64,000 nt of DNA from positions 4,909,628 to 4,973,627 of the forward strand of contig OZ037771.1 in NCBI GenBank assembly GCA_964035545.1. The letters are read 5' to 3'. Under the pieces are notes generated by a model. That model was not told where the DNA came from and ran no database searches. It worked only from the letters and a program-made list of their open reading frames with translations. Below are positions 49,541 to 59,022 of the stretch, one piece after another; positions within the stretch are counted from its first letter, which is position 1, and every line of letters begins with the position of its first letter. Both the position numbers and the translations under genes were made by a program. The DNA is from Bugula neritina. Lineage: Eukaryota > Animalia > Bryozoa.

Positions 49541-52500
49541 CGGTTTTTGTAAACTGCGTAAACGGAAAAGCGGAAATTTCTGCAAAAACGGCGGAAAAGT
49601 ACTTAACCGAGCAATTTTTTTAGTAATCGCTGCGTAATACTTTTGTGTATGCACGAAGCATAGGTTTTAGTTGAAAAATGACACAACTCTAAAATTAAAA
49701 TAATCTTGCATTAAGAAAACCTCGGCAACGTGTTAAGTACTTAGTCTATTTCATCCCTCACAACCAACGTGATATCTTCAACTCTACAAGTACACCCCTT
49801 CAACTGAACAGCTTATATCTTTTTGCTTGAACCTAAAATTCTCACTTCGACTTTCCAATATAACAAATAAAGCTAGAGATGGGTAAGCTCAATCTGCTTA
49901 TAAATTATTAATAACATTTTTAAACTAAATAATTGTCGATTAAAATAATAATCTAAATCATATTAACGATTAAATTTAATAAATAATAATTATAATATTA
50001 ATATTAATAGAAATATTAATAATACTAATACTAATACTAATAGTAATACTAATACTAATAGTAATAGTAATACTCAATAGTAATAGTATCACTTTTACTA
50101 ATACTAATAGTAATACTAATAGCGTTTAATTAATAATATAAATAATAATTAATATACTTATACTTATAGTTATAGTGATAATTATATATTAACTTATAGA
50201 TTACGATATCATTTCAACTTTAGGTATTGAATTACATTTATTATAATTATAATTATATTACTAATACTAATATTAATACTAATAGTAATAGTAAATGTAA
50301 TACTATTAGTATAGCTATTAAACTTAGTGCTACTAGTTCTATTACTATGTCTATTGTCTATTAGTATTACTATTACTATTAAACTTAGTATAAGTATAAG
50401 TATTAGTATTATGTTAATTAATATTTTAGTATTACATTAATTATTAATATTAATAATAATAATATAATCATAATGATAATCATTGTCATTATATAAAGTG
50501 TAGTATTATTATTAGCCTATTATTTTAATATAATTTTGTATTATTAATAATAATAATTCATAATTGTATTGATACTGTAGTAGTAATTCACATCTGCTTA
50601 TCTTATGTTTATTTTAATTCATTTAATTATATATGTAATTCACTAACCAGTAATTGTTAAATGGTATTGTGATATTAATATAAGTTTATAATTATACTTA
50701 TGGTATATTGATTAATAATTAGTAAGTCTAAGACAAGATGGATAGTAATACTTATACTACTTGAGTGTTTTATTCAAATCGTTGAGAAAAAGTGCATCAA
50801 ACTTTCACATTGATGCAGTTGAACTTAAACATATATGTGTTTAATGAATTGGCTATAACACTCAGTCACATGTTATCTTAAAACCCATTGTATACCCTGT
50901 TAAGACTCATTTTGGTCTTGTGGTGCAGATATAGTGTATTTGACATTTGTCTTGTGAAAGTAACAGTCTTTTTCATATTAAATAAGCCAAAAAGTCTAGG
51001 TTTTTTTTAAGCCAGATTGTTGTTCTGATTATATAATTTGAAGTCAAGAATATTCATTGTTTAGCATTCATTGTAATGGTCCTGTTGTTTTGATAATTTT
51101 TACAGATTATAGAGATATAACTAATTTTGGAAATACATGCTTTTTAAATGCATGTATTCAAACTATAAGCCGCACACCACCGCTACAAGTAAATTCTGAG
51201 TACATAAATTTTAATTTATCTTTTTCTTAGGGGATTAATATGACTTTAAACCTAGATTTAAAGTAACTTGTTCTATTTATATAGGAAATAAATGGTCATG
51301 TTTTTTCATACTGTAATCGAGAAGTAGATCACTGTTTTGGTCTTTTGGTCTCACTTTAGTGTTTTTTTTGGTTATATATGTTTCATTTGTTACTGTGCCA
51401 GTAGCAATTCCACAGATCAAGGGCTGAATTTCATGGCTAACGATAAATTTCAAATCCCTTATCAAAAACCAAATGTATAATTGACATTTTAATCAAGAAT
51501 AGCCACCAATTAAGGCTTCTTTTACATACATATTTTGTTTTTAGAGGTTTTACCTGATTTCATGAATAATGAGCAGCATGATGTTGCCGAGGTATTAATG
51601 GAAGTTTATAACATGCGATGCAATAGGTTGGGTAACATTAACATTGCTTGAACACATTTGTTGCTTATGTATAGTTTATAATTCCTAAAGTGACAGTTAG
51701 TAGGTACACTAAACACTTATGCTCTTTTCTTCAATGGGACAAAATTGTTCTGGTCAGAAGTTGAATAGTTGACTAAATGTCATTTCTGCAATGCTGAAAC
51801 AGCATTTGCTCAGTCAATGAATTTATTACCAGTTCCTCTATTAGAGGTGATTTGGCAACAAATAGAACATTTATTTTATTGGCACTATAGCATCACGTTT
51901 TTGTATTGGCTATTTTATTTGTTACAGAGTGAGGTCACACTGCAGGGCATCAATTCAGTTCCAAGAAACTAGATGGATATGTTTTCGAAGGGTACTTTGT
52001 GCATTTTATGTTTACATAATATTTTGGACCATATTCTTGAGAATTTTTGACTACTGAATAAATACTCATGTTACTATTTTCCAACTCTAGTAGTCTAGAT
52101 ATAACTGTACAACTGTCTCAGTTTACAAAGCTTCCAAAAGTCTTAGCTATCACTTTGAAAAGATTTGATGAACCAGGAGTCAAGTTAACTAAAAACTTGG
52201 AAGTACTGGATTTGCTTTATATAACAGATAAGAGTAGGGTGAGAAGTATTTAACAAATACTTGTATACAAAGAGGCACAATACAAGAGCAGTTTATTGCT
52301 GTTGCAGGAACAAAGATTTAATTAGCTCCAAGAATAAATGCAATAGGTATTACGGACATTCTGGTTCTAATAACTGTGATAAAGGTACAGCTGTATAATC
52401 AGCTATATTGTTTATTTTTTGCTGTGTGTTTTGTCATTAGCTTTGCACTTGTGAAGAAAATTGTAATTTGTTGATTGTTTGTTTTGGCAGCTTTGTTTGT

Positions 52501-54024
52501 GTTCAAGAAGAGAATCCTTGGAATATTTCCCTGCGCTACTCACTGTTACAAATTCATAGGACTTGCTTGCTAGCATGTGCAAGTCCTTTGAAGTTGACTG
52601 CTGAGTTGACAGAACAGTAAACCACCAGCTCCGTCACAAGACTCCAATGTAATCAAGTTGCTTTTTACAAATTGGTTTGGTTTCAATGTAGCTGTCACAC
52701 CACTGTGATTGCGATTGTCACTTTCAAAGTAAAGAATGACAGCTGATTGTTCCATTATTATTTACATATTTCCTCTAGATCGTATTGTAGCATCAAAGAA
52801 GACCTACTGAGAACATATTGATTTATTTAGCGGTATTTTAACTGTTAGCAAGACTTTGCAAAATGTATACATTCATATTAGGTGTTTAGGGCATTAAAGC
52901 TTTGATAAGCTGTTGCATATTTGCAATTATATGCAAGGCGTTATAAGCCATGACGAAGTTTCAGTTGTTCAGCATTTTGGTGACATTTCGTCAGCAAATA
53001 TGTTTTTGTAATTTTTATTTGCTGTGCCTTGAACACATCTTTATACAAAACTAAAAAATTGATTTTTTTTTTTCTTCTTACTTTTACTTATATTATTGCA
53101 TCATATTTTATGTTTTATTGTATAAATATCAAATAGTTCTTCAAGTTATTGTGTTCTTTGATTACATCATGCTGTACAGTAATACATACAAGTTACTAGT
53201 ATGTACATTTTCACTCACATCTTTACAATATTATTTTAAAGAACAAAAATTTAAAACAACTTTGCTGCCATGGCTATTCATTTACTTCTAGTGAGTTATC
53301 GATCAAAGTTTTGAGCACAAGGCCCAAGTTTGAGGTAGTGGAAGTAAGACACTTTAAGCACAAAGCTAAAAAGTTCTGCATTTTAACCCATAAGTATTAA
53401 CTTGGTTTATTTATCAAATTATTTATTTGATGAAATTATACTAATTGAGTCACACTATTTGAAATAGCATTGTACTATAAATACTAACGATAGTTCTACG
53501 TTTTATAGTTAAAGTTTGAAAATACTCATGAGCATGATAACAATAATAAGCATTTTTTTATTATAACAATTACATGCAACGATAAATATTAACTTATTTT
53601 CACTGTAGTTTTTAATGAGATATTTTAATGGGAATTTCGATAAAAAAAATAATATTATGCTGGCTAGATAACTTAAGTCGTACGAATGTTAGTTGAACAA
53701 CTAAAATTTAGTTAATAGTAAAACATCGAAGGTTTTGGTATCTATGCAACTACGAGAATCACAATTATTGGGCTCGGTTTTGTAGTTTAAAAGTTAATTA
53801 TTAGCAGGTAAAAATGTAATTGTCAACATCATAATAAAAACTAGTTGTGTAACTAAACTCTTTGTGCGCCGACGGCTTGGATGTTTCGTGATTTTATGGC
53901 CACGCTCACGCAACCAGATTTTATGTTTAAAAGTAGTCGTTAGAAGTTTTTTTGAGTTGTTTTCTCCTGTTTACGTTTCCGCCACTTTTTTCCGCCTTTA
54001 CGTTTACGCAGTTTACAAAAACCG
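49541..54024. mobile_element. Non-autonomous TIR DNA transposon with 9-bp TSD (Mutator/MULE- or AcademH-like), 4484 bp, carrying a USP pseudogene
   Basis: TIR CGGTTTTTGTAAACTGCGTAAACG (49541-49564) is the exact reverse complement of 54001-54024, extending to 34/36; subterminal GCGGAAA repeats at both ends; perfect direct repeat CGTTAAAAG at 49532-49540 and 54025-54033 (readable as 11-bp GCGTTAAAAGC if the TIR starts one base further in). Confidence 0.88.
51106..52573 (+). pseudogene. Decayed multi-exon ubiquitin-specific protease (USP, peptidase C19) gene inside the TIR element
   Basis: Exon-like blocks in canonical USP order: 51106-51188 TNFGNTCFLNACIQ (Cys box); 51545-51626 DFMNNEQHDVAEVLM (QQD box); ~51735-51846 LF...KCHFC...LLPVPL with in-frame TAG at 51766; 51928-~51991 with frameshift before KLDGYVFE; 52091-52238 LPKVLAITLKRFD; His/Asp boxes degenerate; 52491-52573 ALFVFKKR resembling the terminal AYLLFYxR. 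Confidence 0.75.
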
Positions 54025-54378
54025 CGTTAAAAGCTAACTTAATCTTTGCAGCCAGCGCCAAAAATAGCTAATACTAAACTTAGTTTCAGAAGTAGGCTTC
54101 CTATCATGCGAGCAGAATGCAAGAGCTACCTTTATTAAACAAAGAATTATTTGTAGGATTCCGCGCTATGAAATGTTTTAATTTCATTTTCGTAATAGTA
54201 ATGATAACTCCGAGTCAACTTGACTACGATCCGCCATTTTGAAGAAATATTTAATGCATAGTTACCAACTTTAGAGTTGATTTTGAGGTTGAAGGAATTA
54301 GCAAATGCTTGCGAAAATAAGATATTTGAAATCCTCGAGTTTTTCTGTATAAGAAAAGTTTAAAATGTGAGAACTGGC

Positions 54379-54652
54379 TGTTGAATGTGTTGCCATTGTG
54401 TTTAGTATTTATTATGAAATACGTTATTGATTGCTGATTTAAATTATCGAGCAAACTGACTGACTGATTTAATTATTTGATAATAAAATATTTATTAGAA
54501 TGAAAAACAGCGTGATGGTTTTGTATAATATAAAACGGAAGAGAAGGGGTAAACAAGTATACAGCGATTCTAGTACAGCAATTAGTTAGTACATTGTCAC
54601 GTGATTGTTATGAATGTGATTAGCGATAGGATCGCATGATTGTTTCTCAACA
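54379..54652 (-). repeat. 3' LTR of copia element
   Basis: Preceded on the minus strand by purine tract GAGGGGGCG (54653-54661). Confidence 0.97.
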
Positions 54653-54659
54653 CGCCCCC

Positions 54660-57600
54660 TCAAGCATGTGATTTGATAGCTAGTAGCTCCAGGGCAATTC
54701 TGAGATTGGTTTTAGGCAAGCTCTTAGTCATGACATTGGCAGGGTTCTCAGCTCCTCTGATGTGTTGGTATACTATGGTGGTTTGCTCTCTGACAATGTG
54801 GAATCTAATGTCAATGTGTTTGCTCCTCTGATGTGAGTATGGTTGTCCCTTGGTGAGGGCAATGGCTCCAAGGTTGTCAGTGAAAAGTGTGTTAGGGTTA
54901 GGCTGTTTCATCTTGAATGTTTTGCACAAAGTCTGTAGGAATAGCATCTCCTTTGTAGCTTCGGCTAATGCCATGTATTCGGCCTCGCATGATGATAAGG
55001 CCACTGTGGGTTGTCGTCGGCTGTTCCAACTTATAGGGGCTCCACCCAGTGTGAATACATATCCTGTAGTTGATCTTCGTGTAGAGGTTTCTCCGCCCCA
55101 ATCTGCATCCACATAGCCCACTAGTTCTTGTTGATTGGGAGTGAATCTCAGATTGAATCCTTTTGTACCTTTAAGGTATCGTAGCAGCCGTTTCAAGGCA
55201 GCAATATGTGCAGGCCCAGGTCTTTCTAAGTGTTGGGAGAGCTTCCCAATGATCCATGCTAGGTCTGGACGTGTGGCAGTCATTAGGTATATGAGAGAAC
55301 CTATAACTTGTCTGTAGGGGTAGTCCTTTGAATGCTCATGTTCGTCGTCTGTTGCTTTTTCTAGTTGTAAGTCCTTTTCAGCAGGAGTATATACAGGGTT
55401 GCAATTTGCCATATTGTAGGTGTTCAGCAGCGTGTCTATGTAGCGCTCCTGTGACATAGTGTACTGGTCCTCATGTCTCCTGAAGTCTATCCCCAGGAAC
55501 CAGCTTAATTCTCCTCTATCATCCATGTTGAATTTTTGTTGCATCATAGATTTGGTTTGTGTGATTCTGTTGTCGTCTCGGCAGCAGAGAAGGATGTCAT
55601 CAACCCAGAAAAGAATGATGATGTTGGCTGATTTATCTGAAGGGTCCTCTTTTGAGTATAGGCAAGGGTCTCCAGCACCAGGTGTGAAGCCTTGCTCCTT
55701 GAGGAAAGTGGTCAGTGTTTGGTGCCAATTGCGTCCGCTTTGCTTGAGGCCATAAATGGATTTGTTGAGACGACAAGAAAGCTTCCCTTGTTTGTTGGTT
55801 TCTTCGTACCCTTCAGGCTGTTGTAGATAAATTTCCTTATCGATTGGTGCGTTTAGGTACGCTCCTTTAACATCTAGTTGATGTATTTTCATGTTTTCAT
55901 TTGCTGCTTTCTGTAACAGCAATCTGATAGATGTGAATCTGGTGGTTGGACTGTAAGTTTCGTCATAGTCAACTCCTTGTATTTGTGAAAATCCTTTTGC
56001 TACATATCTAGCTTTATGTTGAGTTTCACCTGGCGTTTTTCCCTGTTTGAGGGTATAAACCCATCTGCCCTTGGTCTCTGTCCTGTCTTCAGGTAGCGGC
56101 TGGATAGACCAGGTGTTTGAATCACGTAGGGTGTTTATTTCCTTGTCCATGGCTTTCTTCCAGGCTTCTTTATCTTTTGAATTTACAGCTTCTTGGTAGG
56201 ACAGTGGTATGTTTGCCATCAGTGAGCAAGCATAGTCAGTGTCTTCTATGTCATAGTCCTGTAGGTATGTAGGAGGCTTTCGTTTCCGTTCCGATTTACG
56301 TGGTTCAGGTTGGTTGGTGGCCTTTGCCGGATCTGGTGCAGGTTCTTGTGGTATGGTATTCTGAGTACCATTTCTGCTGTTTAGTGCGGGTCCTTGTGGC
56401 ATGACGTTCATTGCGTCATTTCCGCATGTTTGTGCAGGTTCTTGTGGCATGGTATTCTGGGTACCATTTCTGCTGTTTTGTGCGGGTCCTTGTGGTATGG
56501 CGTTCATTGCGTCATTTCCGCATATTTGTGCAGGTTCTTGTGGCATGGTATTCTGAGTACCATTTCTGCTGTTTTGTGCGGGTCCTTGTGGTATGACGTT
56601 CATTGCGTCATTTCCGCATATTTGTGGTATGACATTTCTGGATGTAACAATTTTCTGATTAGGGGTAAGTATAAGGTAGCCTTGGGCCTTTGTGTTGACA
56701 CCAAGATATATGCCGCTTTGTCCGCGGTCACTGAGTTTTAACTTATTTCCCTCTGAAAAGAATGTGCATTGGGATCCAAAATTGTGAATTTTCCTCATGT
56801 CGGGTAGCGTGCCTGTGAATAACTCATAAGCTGTCTTTCCCGTCCGTCTCTGGTAGCTTCGGTTTCTTAGGTACTTAGCATGGTCAGCGGCAAAACTCCA
56901 GAAAGTCTTGGGGAGATTTGAATCTTTAAGTAGGCATCGTGCTGTGTCCATTATGGTGCGCCAAGTCCTCTCTGATTTACCATTCTGGTAGGATGAGTAG
57001 GGTGCTGTAGTGGTGTGTTTGATTCCCCTCTCGCGTAGCACGGCTTCAAATGGCTGTCCAAGGTACTCCATGCCGTTGTCAGTATGGATCTCCTTCACAT
57101 TTCCTATAGGTGCCACATCTGCAATGAATTGCTTAAGTGCAGTGGTGGCATCACTTTTGTGGCGTATATTGTAGGTGAACAACATACTGGAAAATTCATC
57201 TATGAAGTTTATTATGTAGTTTTGTCCTCCTCTAGCAGTTGGTGTGATGGGTCCGCATAAGTCAGAGTGTACACGTTGTAGAGGTTGTGTAGCTAGTTCA
57301 GGTTTATCGTCTTGTTTGTGAGGTTGTTTGGTGATTTTACTTTCGTCACATGTCTTGCATGCAATTTTTAATTTTGCTCCAGTTATGGTCATACCTGTTG
57401 TCACTTTCTCCAGCTCAATTATGTCATTGGTGTTCATATGACCCAGTGCCCTGTGCCAATCGGGCAGCGATTTTGCGGTGTTTATTGAGTCACCTGTATG
57501 GGTTGTCTTGAGGAAGTACAATCTGCCTTTGGGCATAATTGGAAAAGTTATCCTGTCGACTGTCAGTATATTTTTCTCTCTAGAGAAATGTACTTTTGCC

Positions 57601-58766
57601 CCTTTTTGTGTGGCGGCGTGGACTGAAAATAGGCTTGTTGGTATTGTTGGTGCTAGCAAAGCGTCTTTTAGATGAATCTGCTGCTCCATGTTGTTGTCAT
57701 CAGTAATAGTAAACTGTGCTGTGCCTTTGGCTACAGCCAGCTTGTTTGTTTTGCGACCATCTGCCATCTCTATGTAGTGGTTCTCAGGCGTGAAGCTCTT
57801 ATCAAAACTAATGAAGTTGTTCTCATTGTTCACCAGATGACTTGTAGCTCCGCAGTCCACCATAAGCAACTGTCCTTCTTGAGATTTATCTTGTGTGGCT
57901 ATGTTGCATTGGTTTGATGTATTCACAGTGAAGGCATATGTGGCATTTGCAGATGAAATTTCAGTTTTACTTGTCCTTTTCTTTGTCCTGCAAACTGATT
58001 CGATATGTCCAGCTTTCTTGCAGTAGTTACAAAATAGTTTGTGCTTTGAGTAACAATCTTTTGTAGAATGATTGCTTTTACCACAAGCAGTGCACTGTTT
58101 ATCACGTTTGCTAGTGGGTTTGAAATTGTCTCTTCCTTTAAATACCATGGCTGTAGATTGAGAGCACCTTGCCGACTCAGTAAGGTCAAAGTTGGTTAGA
58201 GCTGCTTTGAACTCTGATAGGGTTTGGTTTTTGTCAAGTTGCGTATGTACTACAACAAAAGGCTGGTAGGATGTTGGTAATCCTTTCATAATCATTGCGA
58301 TCACCAAATTGTCACTAATATTTTCCCCAGCAGACTTGAGGCCTGCTGAGTAGTTCTCAGCACGAATCAGGTAATCTGTAATGTCTTCTGTATCATTCAT
58401 TTTTACAGTTGTAAGTTGTTCATAAAGAGTTAATATTCTAGGCTTTTGTGTACTTGCATAGTGTTCTTTTAGAATTTTGAATGCTTTTCTTCCATCGTCT
58501 TTGGCATCTCTCATCACAAGTTGAAGAGACTTTTCGTCTAAGACTTGTACAAGCTCAGCGTAAGCTCGCTTATTCTTTTTGTTGAAGTCAGCAGCGTTAT
58601 CTTCTCCTTCTTCTTTGGGTAGAAGTGCGGTGTGTACTCCTTCATCTTGTGTGTACAAGTATGAAGTGAATCTTGTTTCCCAAATTGAGAAATTGTTTGA
58701 ATCACCATCAAAGAGAAGCCTGTGTTTGAAGCCACTGGGCCCATAACCTGTTGAATGTGTTGCCAT
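54660..58766 (-). CDS. Copia Gag-Pol polyprotein, 1368 aa (Gag, two CCHC knuckles, protease, integrase, RT, RNase H)
   Basis: CTACGKSNHSTKDC and CNYCKKAGHIESVC knuckles; protease VDCGATSH; HHCC WHRALGH...CKTC; integrase HSDLCG / TDNGMEY / NGKSER; RT KARYVAKG, QLDVKGAYLN, YGLKQSGRNW, WVDD; RNase H YVDADW, EAEY, TDN, KHIDIRFH. PR-IN-RT-RH order defines Ty1/copia. Confidence 0.98.
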   Translation of the reverse strand: MATHSTGYGPSGFKHRLLFDGDSNNFSIWETRFTSYLYTQDEGVHTALLPKEEGEDNAADFNKKNKRAYAELVQVLDEKSLQLVMRDAKDDGRKAFKILKEHYASTQKPRILTLYEQLTTVKMNDTEDITDYLIRAENYSAGLKSAGENISDNLVIAMIMKGLPTSYQPFVVVHTQLDKNQTLSEFKAALTNFDLTESARCSQSTAMVFKGRDNFKPTSKRDKQCTACGKSNHSTKDCYSKHKLFCNYCKKAGHIESVCRTKKRTSKTEISSANATYAFTVNTSNQCNIATQDKSQEGQLLMVDCGATSHLVNNENNFISFDKSFTPENHYIEMADGRKTNKLAVAKGTAQFTITDDNNMEQQIHLKDALLAPTIPTSLFSVHAATQKGAKVHFSREKNILTVDRITFPIMPKGRLYFLKTTHTGDSINTAKSLPDWHRALGHMNTNDIIELEKVTTGMTITGAKLKIACKTCDESKITKQPHKQDDKPELATQPLQRVHSDLCGPITPTARGGQNYIINFIDEFSSMLFTYNIRHKSDATTALKQFIADVAPIGNVKEIHTDNGMEYLGQPFEAVLRERGIKHTTTAPYSSYQNGKSERTWRTIMDTARCLLKDSNLPKTFWSFAADHAKYLRNRSYQRRTGKTAYELFTGTLPDMRKIHNFGSQCTFFSEGNKLKLSDRGQSGIYLGVNTKAQGYLILTPNQKIVTSRNVIPQICGNDAMNVIPQGPAQNSRNGTQNTMPQEPAQICGNDAMNAIPQGPAQNSRNGTQNTMPQEPAQTCGNDAMNVMPQGPALNSRNGTQNTIPQEPAPDPAKATNQPEPRKSERKRKPPTYLQDYDIEDTDYACSLMANIPLSYQEAVNSKDKEAWKKAMDKEINTLRDSNTWSIQPLPEDRTETKGRWVYTLKQGKTPGETQHKARYVAKGFSQIQGVDYDETYSPTTRFTSIRLLLQKAANENMKIHQLDVKGAYLNAPIDKEIYLQQPEGYEETNKQGKLSCRLNKSIYGLKQSGRNWHQTLTTFLKEQGFTPGAGDPCLYSKEDPSDKSANIIILFWVDDILLCCRDDNRITQTKSMMQQKFNMDDRGELSWFLGIDFRRHEDQYTMSQERYIDTLLNTYNMANCNPVYTPAEKDLQLEKATDDEHEHSKDYPYRQVIGSLIYLMTATRPDLAWIIGKLSQHLERPGPAHIAALKRLLRYLKGTKGFNLRFTPNQQELVGYVDADWGGETSTRRSTTGYVFTLGGAPISWNSRRQPTVALSSCEAEYMALAEATKEMLFLQTLCKTFKMKQPNPNTLFTDNLGAIALTKGQPYSHQRSKHIDIRFHIVREQTTIVYQHIRGAENPANVMTKSLPKTNLRIALELLAIKSHA
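56337..56633 (-). repeat. Coding 96-bp (32-aa) tandem repeat x3 in the integrase-RT linker
   Basis: TGCAGGTTCTTGTGG at 56337, 56433, 56529; peptide QICGNDAMNVIPQGPAQNSRNGTQNTMPQEPA. Confidence 0.95.
58735..58748 (-). promoter_or_regulatory. Primer binding site GGTTATGGGCCCAG (half-tRNAiMet type)
   Basis: Immediately follows the 5' LTR end (..TCAACA) on the minus strand; same motif as the Drosophila copia PBS, complementary to the anticodon-stem region of initiator tRNA-Met. Confidence 0.85.
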
Positions 58767-59022
58767 TGTGTTTAGTATTTATTATGAAATACGTTATTGA
58801 TTGCTGATTTAAATTATCGAGCAAACTGACTGACTGATTTAATTATTTGATAATAAAATATTTATTAGAATGAAAAACAGCGTGATGGTTTTGTATAATA
58901 TAAAACGGAAGAGAAGGGGTAAACAAGTATACAGCGATTCTAGTACAGCAATTAGTTAGTACATTGTCACGTGATTGTTATGAATGTGATTAGCGATAGG
59001 ATCGCATGATTGTTTCTCAACA
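58749..59022 (-). repeat. 5' LTR of copia element
   Basis: Identical to 54379-54652; contains the gag ATG at 58766. Confidence 0.97.

Larger units (their letters stand above)
54379..59022 (-). mobile_element. Full-length Ty1/copia LTR retrotransposon, 4644 bp
   Basis: Two 274-bp LTRs (TGTTGA...TCAACA) at 54379-54652 and 58749-59022, identical by eye; 5-bp TSD CTGGC (54374-54378, 59023-59027); PBS, PPT and a single intact gag-pol ORF. Confidence 0.98.

Noticed and set aside
51106-52573. Functional host USP gene
   Set aside because: In-frame stop, frameshift and eroded His box, and it lies wholly within a TIR/TSD-bounded element.
54640-58744. Short plus-strand and alternative-frame ORFs within the copia element
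   Set aside because: Shadows of the gag-pol ORF with no motifs; there is no room for an env-like gene.
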